A DNA stretch of 33,675 nucleotides from contig CAXHFM010000003.1 in the NCBI GenBank assembly GCA_964016345.1, forward strand, positions 1 through 33,675, given 5' to 3'. Position 1 is the stretch's first letter. Every line of letters starts with the position of its first letter. A program made the translations under genes and the position numbers. Shown here one piece after another: positions 1 to 7,772 of the stretch. The notes under the pieces were generated by a model, which saw only the letters and a program-made list of their open reading frames with translations, was not told where the DNA came from and did not search any database. The DNA comes from an uncultured Candidatus Poseidoniales archaeon (GTDB lineage: Archaea > Thermoplasmatota > Poseidoniia > Poseidoniales > Thalassarchaeaceae).

Positions 1-333
1 TTCTCTGAATGAATCTTGCGGGCTTAGTTTCGTTGTGACTGCAATTAGGGTAGGGGCTTCCATAATCTTCGAAACTGCTCTGTTGACAGATAGATTAGCT
101 CCGTCATCACCTGCCTTTCTTGCCTTCTCTTTGGCAATTGAGATTACCATTGGTAGAAGCTTTCGCCTCGTCTCTATGCCCAATACATAGTAATTCCAAG
201 GGTGTGTTCGCTTATGGCAAGGGGCATTACTGGCTGCTTCAAATGCGATCTCAAGACTTGACTCTTCTACAATTCTCTCGGTGAATCTGTAAACAGTTCT
301 TCTGGTATTCAGAATATCTTGCACAGAAGTCAT
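1..333 (-). CDS. Nitroreductase family protein (YdjA-like), truncated at the window edge
   Basis: Manual translation from ATG at 333: MTSVQDILNTRRTVYRFTERIVEESSLEIAFEAASNAPCHKRTHPWNYYVLG..., with the RR(T/S)xxxF and AP-x-H-xxx-PW nitroreductase motifs. Open to position 1. Absent from the ORF track. Confidence 0.85.
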   Translation of the reverse strand, partial: MTSVQDILNTRRTVYRFTERIVEESSLEIAFEAASNAPCHKRTHPWNYYVLGIETRRKLLPMVISIAKEKARKAGDDGANLSVNRAVSKIMEAPTLIAVTTKLSPQDSFRE

Positions 334-341
334 GAAAATTC

Positions 342-671
342 CTAGTCCAGACCGTCTAGTTTAGCAGCCAAAATAAAATCTGACTCGGTTAAGCCATTAA
401 TTTTGTGAGTCCAAATAATTACTTTGACTCTTCCCCATCCGAGTTCAAAGTCAGCGTGATGGCCTTCATTTTCGCATATATGGCCTGCAGAATTTACAAA
501 TTCTAACGCTCCCACAAAATCTTCGAAGGACCATGTCCTCTCAATGTGACGATTATCTATTATTGACCAATTCTCATCTATTTGCTCCAATAGATTCACC
601 GCAACTTCCTCTTTTAGGGGAGGAACTCCTCCCATGCAAGGCACACATTCTCTATTTTCCAAGCCACCCAT
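342..671 (-). CDS. phhB: Pterin-4-alpha-carbinolamine dehydratase
   Basis: CVPC N-terminus, EGHHAD and WTHKINGLTESDFILAAK motifs. Start moved to ATG 671, just downstream of the upstream gene's stop at 676-678. Confidence 0.92.
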   Translation of the reverse strand: MGGLENRECVPCMGGVPPLKEEVAVNLLEQIDENWSIIDNRHIERTWSFEDFVGALEFVNSAGHICENEGHHADFELGWGRVKVIIWTHKINGLTESDFILAAKLDGLD

Positions 672-675
672 CTTA

Positions 676-1113
676 TCAACCCCACAAGTGACTATCCATT
701 CCGCCATCAGCCATCTGTTCTGCCATTTCCTGCATACTCGATCTTCGTCGCATATCTTCTTTCTCGAAAGTCATCATCTCTCTGTCCTCCAGATAAGGAA
801 CTCTCATGTGCGCAATTAATCTTACCTCTACGATCACATCTCGAGCTATAGATCTGAAAACTCCTTTTTCATCCATAATTTCTACGGCATTCCTTGTAGT
901 TCCAATTAACATTCCTCTGGCGATATTTTCACTATCCGAAGAAATTGCCCTTGAATCTATCGTTATTTCGATAATATCATCTTTCCTCAGACCTGCGCTT
1001 CGACTTGAAAGAGGCCCATGATATACGTCCTGAATACCATCCAATTTAGGAGAACCATGGGCGTGATGAATCTTGGTGGCCCAATCGGGCAGCGTACTGG
1101 ATATGTCAGGCAT
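676..1113 (-). CDS. Hypothetical protein (145 aa), possible Sm/SH3-like beta-barrel core
   Basis: Protein-like ORF heading a compact 3-gene run, with an upstream TTTTCTATAT box. Fold suggestion is inference only. Confidence 0.7.
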   Translation of the reverse strand: MPDISSTLPDWATKIHHAHGSPKLDGIQDVYHGPLSSRSAGLRKDDIIEITIDSRAISSDSENIARGMLIGTTRNAVEIMDEKGVFRSIARDVIVEVRLIAHMRVPYLEDREMMTFEKEDMRRRSSMQEMAEQMADGGMDSHLWG

Positions 1114-1221
1114 GTACCTTCGGCGAGGTCCATATAGAAAAAGGGCATGATTTCAAAATCCATTCAATTTCTGGCTACTGTCTTGAATAGGAATGGGCTG
1201 GTCGTAGAGTCAGGAAGACAC

Positions 1222-2256
1222 ATGGCATCTATTGAATGGAGAAAAATCCCGACCGTTCTGAAAACAGACGAGATTCTTGACAAGGCTTTCAGAAGGGCAA
1301 GTAAACAGTCGGATACCGTAGAAGATCCCGACAAGTACCACAGAGTTCGTAAACAGATGAACAAAATGGTGCAGTCTGCCGCCTCAGTAATTGATACCAC
1401 ACTGATAGCATATGTTGAAAGATGGCCAAGTCTGAATGCACTTTCTGAATTCGACCAAGCCCTTGTGGACGCCGCAGTTGGGAGTGACAAATATAGAAAG
1501 AGTCTGGGGGCTATCCAATGGGGTGCTGAAAGAGTAAGATCGATAGCTGCCGATACACAAAGAAAAATTCTGAGACTTAGGGACATTGACGGATTTCATC
1601 AAGCAAGAAGATCTGCATACGGTAGATTCTCGTCTATAATAGAACAAATTTCTCCTGAAATAGAATGGCTGGGAGAAGCACGGGATATACTAAGGAAGTT
1701 ACCTTCAATAGATTCAAATGAACCATGCATTGTTGTTGCTGGCTCTCCCAATGTCGGTAAATCAGCCTTGATAACCTCTCTTTCCAGCGGTGAGCCGGAG
1801 GTAGCAGCCTATCCATTCACAACTAAGCAATTGCATCTGGGCCACTTTATGAATCGTAGGAGAAAATACCAGATGGTCGACACACCTGGTCTCCTAGATA
1901 GGCCCATGGTGGAGAGAAATAATATCGAGATGCAGGCAATAGCGGCTCTGGAGAATGTCGGGGATGTCCTATTATTTCTCATGGACCCGACGCCAGAAGC
2001 AACAACTAGCATGGAAGAACAAATGAACCTCCTCGAGGAAGTTAGTGGCTTGATGTCCGAGAGGGCGATTCTAGTCGTCCATAGTAAATCAGACTTGCAT
2101 AAATCTACGCAAATGGAAAATAATATCTCTGTAAGTTCAATCACAGGTGAAGGAATGGAACATCTTAGGAATAGGCTCGTTGAATTGATAGCCGCCGATA
2201 AAATATCGGACCCTCTCAATCTTCCTGAGAATTGGCCTAGAAACGACTTGACCTAG
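1222..2256 (+). CDS. NOG1-family GTP-binding protein (OBG/NOG, ribosome biogenesis)
   Basis: N-terminal IPTV...ILDKAFRRA helical domain, GSPNVGKS, YPFTTK, DTPGLLDRP, SKSD. ATG 1222 preferred because TTGAAT at 1183-1188 lies downstream of ATG 1147. Confidence 0.93.
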   Translation: MASIEWRKIPTVLKTDEILDKAFRRASKQSDTVEDPDKYHRVRKQMNKMVQSAASVIDTTLIAYVERWPSLNALSEFDQALVDAAVGSDKYRKSLGAIQWGAERVRSIAADTQRKILRLRDIDGFHQARRSAYGRFSSIIEQISPEIEWLGEARDILRKLPSIDSNEPCIVVAGSPNVGKSALITSLSSGEPEVAAYPFTTKQLHLGHFMNRRRKYQMVDTPGLLDRPMVERNNIEMQAIAALENVGDVLLFLMDPTPEATTSMEEQMNLLEEVSGLMSERAILVVHSKSDLHKSTQMENNISVSSITGEGMEHLRNRLVELIAADKISDPLNLPENWPRNDLT

Positions 2257-2369
2257 TTTATGTGCCAAATATGTCCACATGTCGTGCAATACATATCAAA
2301 GCCACCAATCGAGATAGGCAAGCCCCCGATGTCCATCTTTGAACCACACCCTGGGCACCTGTCGGCCAT
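2253..2369 (-). CDS. CPxCG-type zinc-finger microprotein, 38 aa
   Basis: MADRCPGCGSKMDIGGLPISIGGFDMYCTTCGHIWHIN*. Two CxxCG knuckles. Own TTGAAT box 23 nt upstream. Stop overlaps the NOG1 stop (CTAG). Confidence 0.8.
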   Translation of the reverse strand: MADRCPGCGSKMDIGGLPISIGGFDMYCTTCGHIWHIN

Positions 2370-2414
2370 GTTATTCCGTAGAGGAATAGGTTATTCAAGC
2401 AATCTATGTTTAAC

Positions 2415-2999
2415 TCACGCTTCCCTAAAGCGCTTCCACATTTCTCTTAGAGGGAAGGCCATCTCACTTGCACCTAAAAGTAGGGCCAATCCAATAGTCG
2501 CAAGTAGTAATTCGACAAATCCAGCTAGATAGATTTCAGGCTCAATAGTGACCAATTGTTGGTCAAGAGTGGAGCCATCCCTTCCAGCGGTTACAAAGCG
2601 ATATTTACCAGGTTCAAGTACGAATTCTAGACTTCCATCCGGTGAATCAGGACCTCCTGCAATGAAAATAAAATCATCAGAAGTACAAGACGTCAGGCCA
2701 TTAGAATCAGGAGGGCATTCTTCTTGATATTTCGCATCAACTACCCCGATCCAGCTCCTATCTGGCTCGTCCCATTCCAACTTCATACTTATTTCCAGTA
2801 GCATGAATGCAGGAGGGACTTCAAGGTCTTCACCCGTCATTCCAACAGGGCAACCAACTGAATCATCAGTACAAGGTACGATAGGTACATCGGTACGCGA
2901 ATTTTCCACATTTATCCCAATTAGACTGCCTATGACCATCAATATGCAGAGGCCACCCACAAGACCAGGAAGTATCGACAATATTCTGACCATATTCAT
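2415..2999 (-). CDS. Hypothetical membrane protein (N- and C-terminal TM helices, Cys-containing acidic external domain)
   Basis: Hydrophobic termini, GGAGAG SD-like site upstream, last gene of the pyrH run. Confidence 0.75.
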   Translation of the reverse strand: MNMVRILSILPGLVGGLCILMVIGSLIGINVENSRTDVPIVPCTDDSVGCPVGMTGEDLEVPPAFMLLEISMKLEWDEPDRSWIGVVDAKYQEECPPDSNGLTSCTSDDFIFIAGGPDSPDGSLEFVLEPGKYRFVTAGRDGSTLDQQLVTIEPEIYLAGFVELLLATIGLALLLGASEMAFPLREMWKRFREA

Positions 3000-3011
3000 A
3001 CGAATCTCTCC

Positions 3012-3329
3012 CTATGCCCCTCCGGACATCAGCTGTAAGAATATCAGCAGAATTGCAATTCCGGGAAACAAGTATAACATTATCGTCAGCCTTTTTCTGG
3101 AAGATTCTCTCTTCTTGTTATTCTCGATACAAGCCTCGTCATCACAAACCGCAGGATCTGTCTCCAGAGAAATAGGTTTCCAACACACAACACAATGCCT
3201 GTGAGGTTTGATATCTAACGACTTATTCGTACTTCTACGTCTTTCAGTTTGCCTTCTTTTATTTGCCGCCTCTCTCGCTTCCTTTGCTGTTCTCATGCCA
3301 GCATTGGCAATTCTATCGGCCCTGCCCAA
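3012..3329 (-). CDS. DUF2116-family Zn-ribbon membrane protein
   Basis: PHRHCVVCWKPI...VCDDEAC followed by a basic stretch and C-terminal TM. TTG start 3 nt after the pyrH stop. Confidence 0.85.
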   Translation of the reverse strand: MGRADRIANAGMRTAKEAREAANKRRQTERRRSTNKSLDIKPHRHCVVCWKPISLETDPAVCDDEACIENNKKRESSRKRLTIMLYLFPGIAILLIFLQLMSGGA

Positions 3330-3332
3330 GAT

Positions 3333-4037
3333 TTATTCCCTCCTTACTTCTGTTCCTTTAAAATCTCCACCAACGATTGCTTCTCTAATGAGATCCACAT
3401 TCCTTCCATCTAGAATATTCAAAATTAGCCCAGACTCAGAGGCATCAATAGCTCCAATCGGGTCTACTATTTGCGAAGATCCAGCCCTTATGTGTTCAGA
3501 AGAGCCTATTATCTCCAGTAATTGGTCATGAGTCAGGGAATCATATGGAACAGCATCTGGATTCGATTTCGGATCACTGTCGAAAACCTTCGGTACATTG
3601 GTTGCTATTATGCACTTATCGGCACCGGAAGATATTGCAAACCGTATTGCAACTGCATCAGTGGTGTGTCCGGGATTAGTCCCTCCCATTACGACTACTT
3701 GACGAGTTTCAAGGAGAAGAACCGCTTCATCAATACTCTTAGGAATCGTACCAGAAACAGGAATTCCAGAATCTGATAGCGACTCCCTGACAATAGTGGC
3801 ATTCAGTCTAGTTGCCGCTATGCCTATTTTATCTAAGTGCGACTCATCTGTAATCATAGGCCTAGCTAGCTCGATACCCTCCCTAGCAGGCGCGCCACCT
3901 CCGACCACAATACCGATCCTGTCATCCATAGAGGCCCTGTCCCGGATTACCGATACTAGCCCCTTTAGCCAGCTATGTCTTTCCTCAATCTCGGGGCGAA
4001 GCAGACTCCCTCCGAGTGCGACAATCACGGTCGTCAT
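3333..4037 (-). CDS. pyrH: Uridylate kinase (archaeal type)
   Basis: LGGS, VVGGG, LDKIGIAATRLNA, GGTNPGHTTDAVA, ATNV...DSDP motifs. Confidence 0.95.
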   Translation of the reverse strand: MTTVIVALGGSLLRPEIEERHSWLKGLVSVIRDRASMDDRIGIVVGGGAPAREGIELARPMITDESHLDKIGIAATRLNATIVRESLSDSGIPVSGTIPKSIDEAVLLLETRQVVVMGGTNPGHTTDAVAIRFAISSGADKCIIATNVPKVFDSDPKSNPDAVPYDSLTHDQLLEIIGSSEHIRAGSSQIVDPIGAIDASESGLILNILDGRNVDLIREAIVGGDFKGTEVRRE

Positions 4038-4060
4038 TGACCATCGAGTTAGGACGCCCC

Positions 4061-4099
4061 TTTCAATTCCTTTCCCCTAGCTGAGTCTAAGGGTTGAAA
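4061..4099. promoter_or_regulatory. Divergent promoters for pyrH and aRF1
   Basis: TTGAAA on the minus strand (4061-4066, 23 nt from the pyrH ATG) and GGG-TTGAAA on the plus strand (4091-4099). Confidence 0.6.
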
Positions 4100-4134
4100 T
4101 GCTGCCCCTCCGGCCTTTATGTGGGGGTAGTGCC

Positions 4135-5382
4135 ATATCCGACGAGATTGAGGTCCAACAGAGAAGATTACGCCTCAAGAAGGCAGTAGAGGACTTGTCT
4201 ACGATGAAGGGAATGGGTACCGAGTTAGTTTCAGTTGTTGTCCCTCCCGATCGGATGATAAGCGATGTTAGACATCAACTTTCGAACGAAGCTGGTCAAG
4301 CAGCAAATATCAAGTCAAAGTTGACTAGGAAGCACGTTTCCGACGCTATCGAATCAGCAATAGCTAGCTTAAATCGATACAAGACCCCCGGAGAAAGAGG
4401 AATGGCATTATTCGTAGGACATGTTATTGTTGGGAATAATAAAACTAGGTTAATGTCCATAGTCATCGATGACCCTCCTGAGGCTTTTACTTCGTATAGG
4501 TATAGATGTGGGTCTACATTCGAGATTAGTCAGCTCGAGGAGATGCTAATTGACAGGACTGCATACGGCCTCTTCGTCATAGACCGGTCAGAAGCAGCGT
4601 ATGGTCTCGCTAGCGGAAAAAGATTACACTGTCAAGAGCATGTGACCTCATTAGTCCCTTCAAAGCATGGCAGAGGGGGACAGTCTGCACAGAGATTCGA
4701 GAGATTAATCGAAGAGGCGGCAGATAAATTCTTTAAGAAATCAGCAGAAAGGGCATCATCATATTGGCTCCCAATGATAGAAAATTTACAGGGCATAATA
4801 ATAGGAGGCCCCGGAGCAACCAAAGATTACGTAGTAAAAAATGATTATTTTCACCATGAGATAAAGAAATTAATCAGGGAACCTTTCTTCGATGTAGGCT
4901 ACTCCAATGAAAGTGGCCTAAGAGAATTGGTCCAACGAGCGGGAGGCCTTATGGACCAAATAGAATTAGATACAGAGAGAAAACTTGTTGATAGATTTTT
5001 GAGAGAAGTAATGCAAGCTCACCCGAAGGCCACATATGGTGAGATGATGATTAGAAGTGCACTCGACCAAGGCGCAGTTGAGAGGCTATTACTGTCAGAA
5101 AATGTTAGAAAAAGGAGAGTAATGTGGGTTTGTAGACAATGTAAGTCCGAATGGGAAGGTACTCAAAGCAGGAGATCAGAGATTCCAGTATGTGCCAAAT
5201 GCTCATCTGAAGATGTTGTGGAGGATTCAGATAGATCCATGGATTTGATTGATGAATTGACCCAGTTGGCAGGTCATACCTCAGCCTCTGTCACCCTGAT
5301 TTCTATGGATACGGAAGAGGGCGCTACCTTATTCGATGCATTTGGCGGTATTGCTGCACTTTTGAGGTATCCAATTTCTTGA
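4135..5382 (+). CDS. prf1: Peptide chain release factor aRF1 (start uncertain: ORF track ATG 4099, ATA 4135 proposed)
   Basis: GTELVS, NIKS, YRCGSTF, HGRGGQS (GGQ), GGPG, C-terminal CRQC/CAKC Zn ribbon, FGGIAALLRY. Confidence 0.96.
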   Translation: MSDEIEVQQRRLRLKKAVEDLSTMKGMGTELVSVVVPPDRMISDVRHQLSNEAGQAANIKSKLTRKHVSDAIESAIASLNRYKTPGERGMALFVGHVIVGNNKTRLMSIVIDDPPEAFTSYRYRCGSTFEISQLEEMLIDRTAYGLFVIDRSEAAYGLASGKRLHCQEHVTSLVPSKHGRGGQSAQRFERLIEEAADKFFKKSAERASSYWLPMIENLQGIIIGGPGATKDYVVKNDYFHHEIKKLIREPFFDVGYSNESGLRELVQRAGGLMDQIELDTERKLVDRFLREVMQAHPKATYGEMMIRSALDQGAVERLLLSENVRKRRVMWVCRQCKSEWEGTQSRRSEIPVCAKCSSEDVVEDSDRSMDLIDELTQLAGHTSASVTLISMDTEEGATLFDAFGGIAALLRYPIS

Positions 5383-5390
5383 GGTGTAAT

Positions 5391-7133
5391 ATGAGGGATC
5401 TAATAGAAGACTGCGCTCCTTTGATTTACGATTGTATCGCTGAATTGGGCATCTCTGAACAAGATATCTCTAATTTAATAGGCCCTTCTACTGTTGGCAC
5501 TATGGCTGATGTTGCGATCCCATGTCATTCTTTATCCAGAGTGCTAAAGAAATCCCCGGTCGACATTTCAGAGGAGATATCTACAGCGATCGCTCCTAAA
5601 TTACACGGTCTGGCCCTAACATCTTCCATGAATGGTTTTGTTAATCTGAAGGCCCATCCTAAATGGTTAGCAAACAAAACCAATGAACTCTTATCTGACA
5701 AAATGATCGGTGTAAAGAAGGATGAACCGAGAAAAATTGTCGTTGACTATTCAGCACCTAACGTGGCTAAAGAGATGCATGTTGGCCATTTAAGATCAAC
5801 CGTAATCGGCGATGCAATAGTTCGAATGCTACTTTTCAAGGGCCATGAAGTTCTTAGGGAGAATCATATTGGGGATTGGGGTACCCCATTTGGAATGCTA
5901 ATAGAGCATCTAATAGACCTAGGAGAGGATAGCTTCACATCAGCAAAGGGAATCTCAGATTTTGACCAGTTCTACAAAGAGGCCAGAGTAAAGTTTGATG
6001 GGAATGACAAGTTCGCGGAGAGGTCCAGGTCTAGAGTTGTCCTATTACAAGGCGAGGATTCGGATACACTTAGACTTTGGAAGGTTCTGGTTGATGTATC
6101 AACTGGGTATTTCAATGAAGTTTACGGGATGCTGGAAGTACTTCTCGATGATGGGGATATCATGGGCGAATCTGCTTACAGGCACCTTCTGCAGACCGTC
6201 GTTGAAAGATTACATGAATCAGGAATGCTAGAAGATAGCGAGGGAGCTAGCGTAGTCTATTTGGGGGGCAAGTGGGTAAATAGGGAGGGAGACCCTTTCC
6301 CAGTTATCATTAGGAAAGGCGATGGTGGTTTCAATTACTCTACCTCTGATCTGGCCTGTATCATTGACAGGGTGGAAAGGATTTCATGTGACGAACTAAT
6401 TTATGTCGTGGGAACTCCACAGAAACAACATTTTGAGATGGTTTTCGAAGTTGCATCAAGGGCTGGATTCATGGATGAGAGACATACGGCCAAGCACATA
6501 AACTTTGGATCCGTACTCGATTCGAATGGGCAGATGCTCAAAAGTAGGGAGGGACAATCGGTAAAACTCGTTGATCTATTGAAGGAATCAATCAAAAGGG
6601 CAGATAATGCCATTTCTGAGAAGAATCCAAGACTTACAGGAAAAGATAAGGATAGGATCTCGAAGATCATAGGCATAGGCGCTGTAAAATATGCCGATCT
6701 CTCCACTGACAGAACTAAAGATTACGTCTTTGACTGGGATAAGATGCTCTCCTTTGAGGGAAATACTGCCCCTTATCTCCAGTATTCTCATGCAAGGATA
6801 TCACGTATATTTTCTCTTTCCCCTGTCAGTCGTAACTCGCTGACAAATTCCCCCATAGAGCTAATCACCCAAGAAGAAGAGTCACTAGCGAGATGTATCG
6901 TTAATTTTGCTGAATCATTCGATAATTCAATTTCTAGTATGCTCCCGCATAAACTTTGCACACATATCCATGCAACCTCATCCGCATTTGCAACATTCTA
7001 CGAGGCCTGTCCTATACTAAAGGTTGAAGACAAGGATATAATGAAAAGTAGGTTGGCGTTATGTGATTTGACAGCTAGAGTCATATCAACCGGATTGGAA
7101 CTCTTGGGCATTCAATCGCCTGAAATAATGTAA
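5391..7133 (+). CDS. argS: Arginine--tRNA ligase
   Basis: DYSAPNVAKEMHVGHLRST (HIGH), NHIGDWGT, KSREG, GAVKYADLS, GNTAPYLQY. GAGGTG SD at 5381-5386 supports ATG 5391. Confidence 0.97.
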   Translation: MRDLIEDCAPLIYDCIAELGISEQDISNLIGPSTVGTMADVAIPCHSLSRVLKKSPVDISEEISTAIAPKLHGLALTSSMNGFVNLKAHPKWLANKTNELLSDKMIGVKKDEPRKIVVDYSAPNVAKEMHVGHLRSTVIGDAIVRMLLFKGHEVLRENHIGDWGTPFGMLIEHLIDLGEDSFTSAKGISDFDQFYKEARVKFDGNDKFAERSRSRVVLLQGEDSDTLRLWKVLVDVSTGYFNEVYGMLEVLLDDGDIMGESAYRHLLQTVVERLHESGMLEDSEGASVVYLGGKWVNREGDPFPVIIRKGDGGFNYSTSDLACIIDRVERISCDELIYVVGTPQKQHFEMVFEVASRAGFMDERHTAKHINFGSVLDSNGQMLKSREGQSVKLVDLLKESIKRADNAISEKNPRLTGKDKDRISKIIGIGAVKYADLSTDRTKDYVFDWDKMLSFEGNTAPYLQYSHARISRIFSLSPVSRNSLTNSPIELITQEEESLARCIVNFAESFDNSISSMLPHKLCTHIHATSSAFATFYEACPILKVEDKDIMKSRLALCDLTARVISTGLELLGIQSPEIM

Positions 7134-7174
7134 CTGCAGTGGATGAGTCTTCCCAGTAAGTAAAAATGAATCAC

Positions 7175-7642
7175 TCACAAAGCTGAAGCAAAGTCTACCA
7201 CTGAATCGTAATCTGGCTCAACTCCAGGATTCTCCGCGTCCCAGCGATATCTTACTATTCCATCTCCATCTATCACTATGACTACCCTGTCAGCACTAAC
7301 ATAGCCTTCAATTCCGCCCAGGCCGACAAATGATGCATCATAGCTTTTTACGACCTTTCTATCTACATCAGATAGTAACGGAAACCCAAGATTATATTTC
7401 TGTGAAAATGCATTGTTGGCCCAGGGGGAGTCGACACTTATTCCAAGAACGTTAACATCGGCATTGTTCAACTTCGCGAAATTATCCTGAAAGGCGCACA
7501 TTTCCTTGTCACAAACTCCTGTAAAAGCACCGGGGTAGAAAGCCAAAATTACTTTCTTACCTTCGTAATCTGACAGGCTAACATCACTCTTGTCAATTGT
7601 TTTCAATGTGAAGGCAGGGGCGGTATCTCCTATTTTGGCCAT
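7175..7642 (-). CDS. Peroxiredoxin, PrxQ/BCP-like (CxxxxC)
   Basis: FYPGAFTGVCDKEMC (PxxxTxxC plus a second Cys five residues later), GISVDS, FPLLSD. Confidence 0.92.
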   Translation of the reverse strand: MAKIGDTAPAFTLKTIDKSDVSLSDYEGKKVILAFYPGAFTGVCDKEMCAFQDNFAKLNNADVNVLGISVDSPWANNAFSQKYNLGFPLLSDVDRKVVKSYDASFVGLGGIEGYVSADRVVIVIDGDGIVRYRWDAENPGVEPDYDSVVDFASAL

Positions 7643-7772
7643 AGTTGACCCGACAATCCACAGCGTATATCGGTTTCGTTTTACTGGATTTCAGATAGTA
7701 ATAATTAGATGGAATAAATACAGTAAAATATCCAGTCTAAATTCGTTATTTTACATCACTTCTCGATGCCTT

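Noticed and set aside
2260-2532. 90-aa plus-strand ORF beginning MCQICPH
   Set aside because: Antisense to the better-supported zinc-finger microprotein and overlapping the membrane-protein gene.
5128-5205. Zn-ribbon insertion in aRF1 domain 3
   Set aside because: Known minidomain feature of many archaeal aRF1 proteins.
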